Shown here in pieces: positions 50,164-62,599 of a stretch of 64,000 nt of DNA. The notes beneath the pieces were generated by a model. That model did not search any database. It saw only the letters and a program-made list of their open reading frames with translations, and had not been told where the DNA came from. Both the position numbers and the translations under genes were made by a program. Within the stretch, counting starts at the first letter, position 1, and each line of letters starts with the position of its first letter. The DNA is from Callorhinchus milii (lineage: Eukaryota), in assembly GCF_018977255.1 (NCBI RefSeq), contig NW_024704743.1:71922001-71986000 (forward strand). The letters run 5' to 3'.

Positions 50164-50783
50164 AGACTAACAGACAGACTAACCAGCCTGGGATTCTTTC
50201 TACTGCGCTCTTGTTAGCCTTGCAAGCCAAAACTTTGGTGGGTGGGGAGTTCTGAGCTGAATCAGCAACAGGAAGCTGACTCGTGTTCTGAACAGTAAGT
50301 TGTGTGGTTTCAGCTGCTTAAACTCCATCAGTACTTCAGTGCACACAACGGAGTCCCCAAGCCTCTTACCAATCTGCACCAAAACTATGATAAGCGCTCT
50401 GGGTCGCTCCCCTGGGCTATATAAATACAACTTGCTGTAATCTCTGTAACTAGGTGGGCAGTGTGTGTCCCTCCAGGGAGACAGTGCACATTCTGCTTCA
50501 GACAAAGGCAAACAGTGCATAAGTTGAACTAACAGGAGTTTGGTTTTGAGGCTCTTCAACATAACCAGTCCAGCCCCCGACTGACCAAAATAAAAGACAC
50601 TTCCTTGCAAGGCACTTTGGTTCACCTGGAAAGGGAACCGCCTAAGATTTTGAACGCGCAGACTTGTACCTCAAGTCAAGGAAGGACTGGAATGAAACGT
50701 TTTGAGTGAGAAAAAGTCGCCTTAACATAAAATAACTGGACGGTTGGTCGGGGGGGAACAATGATTGCAATTTCATTAACAAT

Positions 50784-50785
50784 GA

Positions 50786-50833
<48 letters not shown>

Positions 50834-50990
50834 ATATAATCACTTTTTTTTAAAAAAAAGGAAAGGCAAGTGGTGACAGTGCAGGGGTTATGGCATTTAA
50901 ACTCTGTGCATTTTCTGGTTAACATGGGAAAGACGGGCAGAGTGAGGTGCAGAGTGAGGTGCAGAGTGAGTGTGTGTGTGTGTGTGTGTG
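50784..50990. repeat. (CA)n/(TA)n and (TG)n microsatellites plus a 12-mer (gcagagtgaggt) x3 near the CMTM8 exon 1 donor
   Basis: Directly visible simple repeats. Confidence 0.9.
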
Positions 50991-51010
50991 CAGATCCCAC
51001 GTTCACTTAC

Positions 51011-51139
51011 AATCTCTGCGACCATCAGCAGCCCCGGGGGGGTCCTGAGGAAAGCCTTGTCGTAGCCCATCACAGCGGAGCTGAAGGACACCGCGTACGT
51101 GCTGCTGGTGGTGCTGATAGTCCGAGGACGTTCTTCCAT
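51011..51139 (-). CDS. CMTM8: CMTM8 coding exon 1 (MEERPRTISTTSSTYAVSFSSAVMGYDKAFLRTPPGLLMVAEI)
   Basis: aagATGg start, gtaagt donor at 51010, 129 nt. Matches human MEEPQR...YDREFLRTLPGFLIVAEI. Confidence 0.95.
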
Positions 51140-51480
51140 CTTCACGCCTGAGATCACCAGAAAAAAACACACCCACACACACACACCACACACACCACAC
51201 ACAGCGCCGCTCAGTCCCCAAACTTGTCCGATCTCTGGATGAGAGAGCAGCCGCGTCCGGAGCTGCTCAGCTCGACCTGTCCATCGCTGTGTGAGAGCTG
51301 CCCCGGGTTCACTGAGCTCAGGTGTGCTCCCCCTCAGGTGGCTCTGGGCTGTGAGGCTGGAACAGGTAATGTGGGCAATGCTCCCTCTGTGCCCAGTCAG
51401 TGTCAGCACTCACTCACTCACTCACACTCACTCACACTCACACTCACTCACCCTCCAGGCACACAGCACAGGGACAAATG
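51140..51480 (-). promoter_or_regulatory. CMTM8 5' UTR / proximal promoter region with CA-rich simple repeats
   Basis: GC/CpG-enriched sequence immediately upstream of the ATG. The TSS cannot be determined from sequence. Confidence 0.45.
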
Positions 51481-51859
51481 CTCACTCTGCAGGACTTAAA
51501 GAGACAGTACACAGAAGCTGTTCAAATGTGTCCCTGTGCTTTTACCATGAGCTCGATTGCCATCACCCCAGGAGCCAGCAGGGATCTGTGCCCAGTGCAT
51601 GGTATATTGCACTGCAGTTATCCACCTTATCATGTGGTTCGCACGTCTCAAAGCACTTCACGGGTTATAAAGTTATCCAGGTCGAGCCTGTCCCGACACA
51701 CCGCAGGGAAAACTTTATCGGTCGTGATTATGCGCTATGTCAAATGCAAGGATTGTTATATATTTGAGCGACGACTGATTAGGTTTTGCGTAGTCTGTGG
51801 GGACAGGCTTGAAGCCGAGAACTGCGATGTAACACTCAGACAAGATCAGCGTGTTTACA

Positions 51860-53338
51860 TAACAACAACAACTTGGATTTATGCAGCGCCCTCCACGCCG
51901 GACGGCGTCTCAAAGCACCAGTAACGGATCCCGGGGCCGAGTCAGGGGGAGGGGGAGGAAGGTGACCAAAGGCGCGGTCGAAAAGAAAGGTCTTCAGCAG
52001 GGACCTGAAAATAGGAAGGGAGGGAGCGAGACGAAGGGAGTGAGGAAGGCAGTTCCAGAGCCTCGGGGCATAGTGGCTGAAGGCATGGCCGCCGAGGGTG
52101 GAGCGGAGGACTCGGGGGATGAGAAGGAGGCCAGACCCGGAGGAACGAAGGCAACGGGTATTGTGCTGAGGAGAGAGGAGGTCAGAGAGGTAGGGGGGAT
52201 GCAGAGGAGTGCAGGGACTTGAATACAAGGGTGAGGATCTTGAAATCGATCCTCTCTGGGATAGACAGCCAGTGCAGTCTGGCAAGGACTGGGGTGATCG
52301 GGGAGCAGAGTTTCGTGCGGGTGAGAATGCGGGCGGCAGAGTTCTGAATAAGTTGGATTTTATGGATGGAAGTGGATGGGAGACCGGCGAGGAGGGCGTT
52401 AGAGTAGTCCAGCCGAGAGGTGACAAAGGCATGGACCAGGGTTTCAGTGGTTTTTGGGGAGAGGTATTTGCGGAGACGGGCAATGCGTCGGAGGTGGAAG
52501 AAGACGGTGCTGGTGAGGGACCGGATGTGAGGGAGGAAGGATAATTGGGGGTCGAACCTGACGCCTAGGTTGCGTACTGGTTCGGAGAGTTTCCAGGGGA
52601 GGTTGGGTAGGTGGAGGAGGTGAGAACCGTGAGAATTTAGACGTTGACGAGAGCCGAAGAGTATGGCTTCCGTCTTGTCAACATTCAGCTGAAGGAAGTT
52701 TGCGGTCATCCAGCCACTGAGGTCTGACAGGCAGACTGACAGAACATCAGGGGACTGGGTCGCAAAGAGAGGTGGAAAAGTAGAGTTGGGTGTCATCTGC
52801 ATATATGTGGAAATGTACCCCATGTCTGCGGATGACGTCCCCAGGAGGGAGCATGTAGATCAGGAAGAGGAGGGGGCCAAGGATGGATCCTTGGGGAACC
52901 CCGCAGGTAACCAGGTGAGAGCGGGAGGAGAAGCCTTTTATGCAGATGTACTGCTGGCAGTTTGTGAGGTAGGACTCGAACCAGGTGAGTGCAGTCCCAC
53001 TGAGGTGGATGACGGAGGAAAGGCGGTGGAGGAGGATGGAGTGATTGACTGTGTCGAACGCAGCGGAGAGGTCCAGGACAAGGAGGCAGAGGGAGCCCTG
53101 GTCACAGATAGAGAGGATGTCATTTGTGACTTTCACAAGCGCAGTCTCTGTACGGTGGGCAGATGGAAACCAGACTGGAGGGGTTCGAAGTGGAAGGAGA
53201 GGTGTGCGCAAAGTTGGTTTGCAACAAGGCGTTCTAAAACTTTTGAGAGGAAGGGCAGGTTAGAAATAGGGCGGTAGTGGCTGGGATTTCAGGGATCTAG
53301 GGAGGATTTTTTCAGGGGGGTGGGGGTGATGACAGCAG
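51860..53338 (-). mobile_element. L2 LINE family 2, 5'-truncated (RT domain to tail, frameshifted)
   Basis: HRTETALVKVTND, LDLSAAFDTVNH, GVPQGSILGPLLF, YADDTQLY, SRLDYSNALL; tail gagacgccgtccggcgtggagggcgc + (ttg)n. Confidence 0.95.
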
Positions 53339-53339
53339 T

Positions 53340-54812
53340 ACAACAACAACAACAAGATTACATTTGTATAGCGCCTTTCACGTTGGGAGGACGTCCCAAG
53401 GCGCTGGACAGAGTACAGCATTTCAGATCCGAGCTGGGTTGGGGGAGTAAGGGAGGGGAGGGGAAGGGGGTGGCCGATGCCATGGTCGAAGAGGAGGGTC
53501 TTGAGGCGGGACTTGAAGGAGGCTAAGGAGGGGGCGAGGCAGAGGGACTGGGGGATGGAATTCCAGAGATTGGGGGCAGAGTGGCTGAAGGCTCTCCCGC
53601 CAATGGTGGGGCGGGTGGGTCGGGGGACGTGGAGCAGGCCAGAGCCGGCTGAGCGGAGGGAACGGGCGGGTTGGTAGGGGGTTAGGATGTCGCAGAGGTA
53701 GGGTGGGGCGAGGCCATGGAGGGCTTTGGATGTGAGGACCAGGATCTTGAACTGGATCCTCTGAAGGATAGAGAGCCTGTGGAGTTGAGCGAGAGTGGGG
53801 TCACAGAGTTTGGTGCGGGAGAGGACACGGCCTGCAGAGTTCTGGATTATCTGCAGTCTGTGGAGGGAGGAGTTGGGAAGGCTGACAAGCAGGGCATTTG
53901 CATAGTCGAGCCTGAAGGTGATGAAGGCATGAACAAGAGTTTCAACGGCCTGAGGGGTGAGGTAGTGGCGGATGTTACGAGGTGAGGGAAGGCAGAGCGT
54001 GTCATGGCTTGAAAGTGGGGGAGAAAAGACAGTTGAGGGTCGAACAAGACACCGAGGTTCCTGACTGGCTGGTGAGTTGTAGTGTGCAACCGTGGAGGTT
54101 GTTGCCAGAGCCTGAGGTGCTGAGGCGCTGGCGCGAGCCAATCAGGAGGGCCTCAGTCTTGTTCACATTAAACTGTAGGAAATTGGCCCTCATCCAGGAC
54201 TTGATGTCCGACAGACAGTCTGTCAGGAAAGCAGTGGTCCTGGAGTTGATGGTGAAGGCAGAAAGATAGAGTTGGGTGTCATCCGCATACATGTGGAAGT
54301 TGACCCCATGTCTGCAGATGATGTCACCAAGGGGGAGCATGTAGATATTAAAGAGGAGAGGGCCAAGGACAGAGCCCTGGGGGACGGCAGATGTGACAGT
54401 GCGGAGGCTGGAGGAGAAACCGTTAGAGGCAACAAAGTGGAGACGGTGAGAGAGATAGGAATTGAACCAGGCAAGGGCAGGTCCGTGAAGATTGAGTAAA
54501 GCGGAGAGGCAGTGTATGAGGATGGAGTGGTCCAGTGTCAAAGGCGACAGAGAGATCAAGGAGGACAAGGAGGCAGAGGGAGCCCTGATCACAGATGTTC
54601 AGAATATCATTAGTAAGTTTGACCCGGGCTGTTTCCGTGCTGTGGGCAGCATGGAAGCCGGATTGGAGGCATTCAAAGAGGGAATGGTGAGAGAGAAAAG
54701 AGCGGAGCTGGGACGTGACAACTCGTTCTAGGACATTGGAGAGGAATGAGAGGTTAGAGATGGGGCGGTAGCTGGAGAGGAGGGATGGATCCAGGGAAGG
54801 TTTTCTCAGGAC
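53340..54812 (-). mobile_element. L2 LINE family 1, 5'-truncated (RT domain to tail, frameshifted)
   Basis: YRPISNLSFLS, QSGF..HSTET, VPQGSVLGPLLF, YADDTQLY; tail gggacgtcctccc.acgtgaaaggcgc + (ttg)n. Confidence 0.95.
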
Positions 54813-57279
54813 ATACACTGAACATCACCAACAATTGAATGATTTTTTTTTAAAGAATATTTTGAAATAGGTTTCTATTTCTCTTACACTTCAAGTCACC
54901 CCTTTGACGATCAATTAGACTTTTTCACGAATACTTCATTTAGCTAGAAAGGGGATCACATGAGAACCAGCCTCATTGTGCATTAATATTGTAAGGATCC
55001 TTGTGTTTACTGTAGTTATGGCAAATATTAATAGCTGTTTTGGTGGAAGCTGCCTTGTGATTTACTCGTACATTGCTCTAGATTGTTGTAATTTTGACTA
55101 CAGAATGTTGGAGAATTGTCCTATGGAAAATTAGAGTAAACTTGAGTTATTTATAGCCCTAAGAATGGCTTTTAAAGTGACACTCTAAATGTGATATCTA
55201 GATCCAATTGATTACATGGTATAACATTTTTCCATGTTCCCTATTAAAGGGGAAGAGTGCAAAGAGATCATTGGCACAGACCAAAGTCACGGGTTCAAAT
55301 CCTGCTCTGTGCTGAGTTAGCTGATCTCAATTGGGGCAGTAAGCTGGGGTTCTACAATTGGCATCAGAAAATTGCCAGGGTTTCTGCTTTGATCGCTATT
55401 CAGAGTTCCTGTTGGACATGGAATGCAGACAGGATTTGTCTCAATGTGTGAGGGGCGACAGTCAAATAGTCCACAACACTCACTGTCACTCATGTGAAAA
55501 ATGAATAAAGGACAGTCGGCAAAATATCACTGGATAGACCATCATGATGTCACCTCGAATTCTACCTTAAAAGCTTCTAACCAGCAGTTTACAACAAAAA
55601 AGTTAATAGGCAATGAGAAACATTGGCTAGCTATCTCCCTTTGTAAGTGATCAAGAAGCAGTGACTGATAAATGACCAAACATCTCCTTTTTTTAAACTT
55701 GTAACAATTTAAGAGAGTACACAAAAGTACATAAAAGTGAATACCGGTCAGTGTCTACTCCATCCGGGCTGGAGTCTTTATTTCATGTATCTGAGAGCTG
55801 AACATTTTAAAGTTATTGTTGATGTGATTCTAAACTGATGGCTCTTTAATGACTCTCTGTTCATAAAGTTTTCAGATCAGCTCTGTATCTTCCTGCCTGC
55901 AAAAATGTCCTGATTTAAATGTATGCCTCATTCCATAATATTAATATAAATAGTAAATTATTTTAAATTGTACTTTTTCCCCCTCTCCAATATTTTCTCC
56001 TGTCTTGGAGAGGGTGTCATGCTTTGATACGGTGGCATCCAGCTCCTCACTAAAGTATCCATTCTTCTAGAGTAAAATTCTGGTAAATATTTACTTAGGG
56101 TGCCTTTGGAGATTTGTAATTATAATGTAAAAATCCTAGGCTCCAACATCACCAAAGGTGCTTCACATAACACCACTGTATTTAGTTCAGCTATTCCATG
56201 GAATAAAGAAACCAAATACTCACTTACATTCCATAGAATTACATAGATTGTACAGTACCTAAAAGGCCAGTCTTTGCTGCTGTTTATACTCCACTATTCT
56301 AATCCACTCTCACTATCACCTTCCCATATTCCTGTTCTTTCCTACTTAAAGGAGAAATGTACACTAATAAATTGTCACAAGGTTACAAAAGGTTCTTGTG
56401 ATCTTAGCATATGTTGGCAGCTGTCACGGTCACCCCTTTGTTTTCTATGCCTGCCTGTTGTTGAAAATATGTTCTGTAAAGTTTATGTGTTTGCTAAAAG
56501 CATTAGCCAGTGTAAGTGCAGGTAGTAATTACCGATTGCGATCGGGGAAACTCGGAAAGTGCCGATGTTCGGTAGAACTGGCGCATGCGAGTTATAAATA
56601 TATTGAGTAACTCTTTCAATATTTTGTGTGTGTATTTAACATTTTTGATATTTATGGTGCCATCAAGTCTGACTGTAGCGTGGATTGCAACTGACTATCT
56701 ATCATTTGCATAAGTGGATAGGAAGGTGCACTGCTTCCCTTTTGGGTCACAAAAGATGACTTTGAATGGACCATAAGAAAGGCACCTGGTGAGCAGGTTA
56801 GAGGAAAGGTGGCCAAAGATACAGGTCTAACTTAATCATTTATAGCTGGAGCATCCTATTGTAACTCAACTCAAATGGATTCAAAAGTGAAACATTTTGA
56901 TCTATGCAATCTGGTACTCAACAGGTGTTACCCTTATCAACTATTTGGAAGAGTTTTCCTTCTCCTCCCGCTCTGCTGAAGAACCTGACTCATGTTAGGT
57001 AAGGAGGGTGCGTCCCTCCAGGGAGAGAACGTGCATTCCATTCCAATACTTTTCTCAGGACTTTTCATATATAGGTGGGATGCATGGAGCTTTCAGTTTG
57101 GGTTAGGTACTTTTAAGCAGGGTTATGGGTTTCTGCAAGTGTTAGACACCTGGCTAACCCCCCCAAAAAATGGCACAATGCAGCTCTGTGTGGCTCATTT
57201 TGACAGTGAATTTCCCAACTGAGCCATTGGGGCAGCTGGATAGAAGCAGTTTAATAAACTGACTGAAGTATCCAAGAGT

Positions 57280-58898
57280 AGGAAACACAAGTATTCCATG
57301 GACGGGATTGAACTTGGCAAGGGGGAGCCTGAAAGAGATCTAAAGGTCTTATTTGACTCAGCGCTCTTTAAGTCAAAACAGCGAGAGGTAGCAACAAACA
57401 AAGCATACAGGACACTGGGCTATATTGCTAAATCAGTTGAGTTTAGATCCCCAGATGGCATATTCGGGCTGTACAGAGCTGTGGTAAGACCCCACCTTTA
57501 ATACTCCACACAGCTCTTGTCACCATAACAAAAGGGCGTAGAGGCTCTAGAGGTAGTGCAGAGGAGAACAAGGATGATCCCCAGTGTTAGAGGCCTTATG
57601 TCTGATCTTCCAAAATTCCTTGGATTCTGGAACAGTCCCCATGGATTGGAAGATTGCAAATGTCACACTATTTAAAAAAGGTGGAAAGGAAAAGATGGGG
57701 AACTATAGGCCAGTTAGTCTCACATCAGCGATAGGAAAAATTTTAGAATTGTTGATTAAGGATGTGGTAGTGCGGTATTTGGGGGAGCACAATATAATTA
57801 GGCCAAGTCAACATGGCTTTACAAAAGGGAAGTCATGTTTGACAAATCTCATAGAGTTTTTTGAGGACATTTCCAATAAACTAGATAAGGGTGAATCAGT
57901 GGATGTGGTCTATTTGGACTTCCAGAAGGTATTCGATAAGGTGCCGCATAAAAGGTTAGTCCAAAAGATAAGGGCCCATGGAATTTAGGGGAGCATATTA
58001 ACGTGGATTGGGGAATGGTTAACGGGTAGGAAACAAAGAGTAGGGATAAACGGGTCCTTTTCGGATTGGCGGGATGTGACTAGTGGAGTGCCACAAGGAT
58101 CAGTCCTTAGGCCTCAGCTATTTACCATCTACATCAACGATCTAGATGAGGACATCGAAGTTAATATATCTAAATTCACGGATGATACAAAACTAGGAGG
58201 AAGTGTCAACACAGAAGACAACAATAAAAAAATGCAGCGAGACACAGATAGGTTAGGTGATTGGGCAGGTAGGTGGCAGATGAAGTATAATGTAGGGAAA
58301 TGCGAAGTCATCCACCTAGGTAGTAAAAACAATAGAGCGGGTTATTTTTTAGAAGGGGAGAGATTAGAATGTGTTAGCGTCCAGAGGGACTTGGGTGACC
58401 TTGTACATCAATCACAGAAAGTGCCAGGGATGAAGGGGATGAGTTATGAGGATAGGCTGACCAATTTGGGCCTATATTCTCTAAAAAATACAAGAATTAG
58501 AGGGGATCTTATAGAAACCTATAATGTCATCAAAGGGCGTGATAGAGTAGATAGTGGGAGATTGTTTCCCCTGGTTGGAGAAACTACAACCAGGGGTCAC
58601 AACCTTAAAATCAGAGGCCAGCCCTTTCTTACTGAGTTGAGAAAGAACTTCTTCACTCAAAGGGTGGTGAATGTATGGAACTCACTACCCCAAAGGGCTG
58701 TTGACGCTCAGTCCTTGAACATATTCAAGACTGAGATAGATAGATTTCTTATTGCTAAAGGGATTAAGGGATATGGCAGGGTCAGGTTATTAGCTGGAAT
58801 TACCTGGAGTTAGATTAGAAGATCAGCCATGATTGAATGGCGGGGCAGGCTCAAAGGGCTGAATGGCCTATTCCTGCTCCTATATGTTATGTTATGTT
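57280..58898 (+). mobile_element. CR1 LINE fragments (RT: NYRPVSLTS, QHGF..GKSCLTNL, YLDFQKVFDKVPH, SGVPQGSVL, FTDDTKLGG) ending in an (atgtt)n tail
   Basis: ORFs 57584-57988 and 58076-58813, a premature stop, and an internal deletion near 58420. An older CR1 piece lies at 57280-57585. Confidence 0.93.
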
Positions 58899-58899
58899 A

Positions 58900-59466
58900 T
58901 CATTGCCCAGCTCCGCTACTGTCTCAGACCGCAGGCCGCCGAAATCCTCATACATGCCTTCATTACATCGAGACTCGACTACGCAAACTCATTGCTTGTC
59001 GGCCTCACCAACTCCTCCCTCCACAGGTTGCAGATCATCCAGAACTCTGCAGCCCGTGTCCTCTCCCGCACTAGGCTCCGCGACCCTATCGCCCCCATCC
59101 TCGCCCAACTCCACTGGCTTTCCATCACACAGAGGATACAGTCCAAGATCCTGGTGCTCACCTTCAAAACCCTCCACGGTCTTGCTCCCCACTACGTCTG
59201 TGACCTCCTAAACCCCTACCAACTTGTTCCATCCCTTCTCTCAGCAGGCTCCGGCCTGCATCACATTCCCCGCCTCGCTCGCCCCACTATTGGCAGGGGG
59301 GGGGGGCCTTCCTCCACTCTGCCCCTACCCTTTTGAACACCCTCCCTTCCCTCCCCTCACCTGACCATTTCCCCCTTGCTCGGGTCCCGACCCAATTGTC
59401 CAGTGCCTTGGAACATCCTCCCGACGTGAAAGGCGCTTTACAAATGTAATTTTGTTGTTGTTGTTG
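58900..59466 (+). mobile_element. L2 3' fragment
   Basis: HAFITSRLDYANSLL..LQIIQNSAARVL; (ttg)n tail. Confidence 0.92.
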
Positions 59467-59584
59467 ATAATTGTGGGCCCATACGACACCCAAGTGGACT
59501 TACACTCTAGCAAAATGCTTAATAATGCGGTTGTTCTGTATTCTTAAAAAGTCTGCCAATAAGGTTCACATACGAATAATAACG

Positions 59585-59918
59585 AAATCCTATAGCTAGT
59601 GGTTGGAGCACTCGCCTTGCCAGCGATAGGACCTGGGTTCCATTCCCAGGCAATGCGAAACGTTGGCCAAGTTTCCTTACTCCACACGCCTCTGTTCACC
59701 AAGCAGTAAGTCTTGTTGTAAGTCGATTGGCGGATCGTTTTTCCAGGGCTAGTAACCCCTTCAAAAAATTATAATAATGTGGTCACTCAATCAACAACTG
59801 CTGTGCTCAATTGGCTGCCACGGTTCGCCCACAAAATGTACAGTTAATTCACTTCTGTGAAGTGCTTTGAGACGTCGCGAAGATGTGATAAGGCGCTATA
59901 TTAAATGCAAGGATTATT
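59585..59918 (+). mobile_element. Older-subfamily Deu-type SINE
   Basis: Diverged match to the family consensus. Confidence 0.8.
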
Positions 59919-60444
59919 AATAGCCAAGGTACCTCTCCCTCCTGAGTATGATGCGCAATGAGATGTTTTCCTGTTATGAAAGCTGTTTGTATAAATGTAA
60001 AATTGTTGTTGTAGAAGTCAAATTGCTTTTGGTTCCCTTGAGGGGAGGAGAAAAAATGGCAAAAATAAAAAAATGTTTTGACTAACACTTTTCCAGTGTC
60101 ACTGTTTTGCCAGATTGTATATTAACCAGAGATATAGGACTAGTTAATAATTAACATAAGTACACAGGTTTCTTAAGAAATGAGGTCTAAAGAGCATTGT
60201 TTGAATGCACAACAGCAATTTAGAAGTTGCAGGCTTAACCCATCAATTACTTTAATGTAAGCAGCCCTACATAGTTAATTGTAACTTTATTGAATGTTAC
60301 ATTTGAAATAAAATGTTGCCTAAATATCCTAAACACAATGGGAGCTTTTAATCATTGATCATGCTTGGGGCAATAGGAACAAGCTAGAGGGCTGTATTCA
60401 TTCCTACCCAGACTGCGATTCCACTCAAGCTAGATTTTCTTTAA

Positions 60445-61000
60445 CTTGGGGGGAGGTAAGCGGGGTCTCCTTGGAGCTGAACTGGTTCTGAGTTGACATG
60501 CCTAGTATCAGAATGCCGGAATCGAACCAGCCTTATGTCCGATTCCTGAGCCAGCCGGGTCCGCAGTATTCCAGGGCACTGCTGATGACAGCACTGCCAG
60601 CCTGGTTCATTGGCAGGTCCTGGAAGAGTAGACTGGTCACTAGGGCAGGGAGCCATCCCACTCAGCTCCAGTTCACCCTGCAAGCCAAAGCTCTAACGGG
60701 TAGGGTGGTCCTAGCTGGACAAGCAGTTGCAAAGCTTACCAGACAGCGATATCAATGGCAAACTATGCGGCTTTAGCTGGATGGACTCCAGAGTAACCAA
60801 ACACACACTCTGAAGTCCCCAAGCCTTGGCTCTTACCAACCTGCACCTAATACCTTCTGGAATTAGATAAGCATCCCTCCAGGGAGGTAGAAAGTGCGCA
60901 TTCCATTCCAACAAACTATTTCTGGGATTTCCATGTGTAGATGGGATGCATGAAATTCTCAGTTTGGTTTGGATACTCTTAAGCATGGTGATGGGTTTCC
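60445..61000 (+). repeat. Family U repeat, most complete copy
   Basis: Contains the U blocks seen in the other copies, in collinear order. Confidence 0.75.
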
Positions 61001-61582
61001 TGGTGAGAATATAGACAACTGTACACTCGCAAACTGATGTAGTTCTTGCTCCATTCTTGTCAAGTTGGGAGTTGTGGCTTTTTTTTTATTCTGCTGATGG
61101 ATTTTCCCCAACTCTGGCCAATTAAGTCATTTATTTTATCGGCAAAGAAAAAGCCTGGAAGAGATGAGATCTATTCTCAGTGTCCAAAAATGGAAGAAAC
61201 AATTGGGTGGGAGGGGAGGGGTGAGAAAGAAATTACACAAAGAAAAATTGGGTTGGGATTTTCTGAGTCCCAAACATTGTGCTATAAGAAAACTGGCCTA
61301 ACGTACTTTCACAGATCACTAGCAACAAAGGCAATTGATTTTTCCACCAAGAATGCAGACATGTGATGCACATACAGTGTGCAATGCGATTACAAGAACC
61401 CACTACACCTTAGGTGCAATGCAATATGGTCTGCAATGCTATGCATGGGCATTTTCAGAATCTGCTATAATGAGGGCATAATGCCATTGCACGTTCACTC
61501 CCAGTATCCACTGTGCTGTGCATGTGATATTCTTAATGATGGGAAGACGGGTGGACAAATCTGTCAAGAAAGCAAATGGAAT

Positions 61583-61860
61583 CAACAACAACAACAAGAT
61601 TCCACTTATTGAGCGCTTTTCACGTCGGGAGGACGTCCCAAGGCGCTGTACAGTGGGGTCAGGACCCGAGCAGGGGGGAAATGGTCAGGATGAGGGGAGG
61701 GAAGGGAGGGAGTGAGGAGGGGATAGAGAGTCGAGAAGGGAGCTGAAGGCTCGGTCAAAGAGAAAGGTCTGAGACCGGTTTTGAAGGAGGAAAGGGAGGA
61801 GGCGGCGAAGGCACTGGGGGATAGAGTTCCAGAGCCTTGGGGCTGAGAGGCTGAAGGCTC
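61583..61860 (-). mobile_element. L2 3' end
   Basis: Closely similar to the 3' part of 31045-31498. Confidence 0.85.
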
Positions 61861-62599
61861 AGCAAAGGTGCACATTTTGAGATGTTAAACATAAGTCAAA
61901 TATATCTACTTCTGTATGAAAGTTACATTACACGGAAAGGTCAAGAACCATTGTTATTAGAGTGCATTTAACTGTTGCCACAAGCTCCTTTATTTTGAAA
62001 TCAGTAATCTCCATTCTTCACATAAATAATAGTCTAGGGGAATATTTCTGCTTCCTTTTTAATAACCTAACAGTTAAATCTTCTGTGTACATCAATGAAA
62101 ACAAAAGGATCTATAAGTACGAGAAAATGTTTCACGGAACAGGCAACGAGAATAAATTATGGAAATGTTTCAGGGAACAGGGAAGGGGAATAAATTATCA
62201 TATGTTGACTCAAGTCCCACAAGTGACTGGGAGCCCAATCTGGGTGAGGGGGGAAGCTGAGGAGGGGAAAGATGACCAAATATACAAAGATAGATCTAAA
62301 GATGGGCTTTGAATGTGTTGGGTGAGGGGTGAGGGGTGGGGGCGGGTAGGGGTGGGTGGGAGATATGAAACAGGCAGCTGGGGGAAGGGCTGGGCAGAGA
62401 TAGGATGGAGCGAAGCCAATGGAGACATTTGAAAGTGAGGATGACATTCTTGAATTCAATCTCTTGGGAGATGGGAAACTTGATGCGGAAGAGACGGCAG
62501 GCTAAACAGAGTTCTGGGTAGTCTGTCCAACCTGTGTCGCATCAGGGACCACCATGGTCCTGTTGGGTTGACTGCCCCAGCCCATGGGCTAATGCCACC

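Noticed and set aside
57584..58813. Functional reverse transcriptase gene or retron-like system
   Set aside because: CR1 LINE relic with a stop codon and an internal deletion. The L2 RT ORFs are likewise frameshifted.
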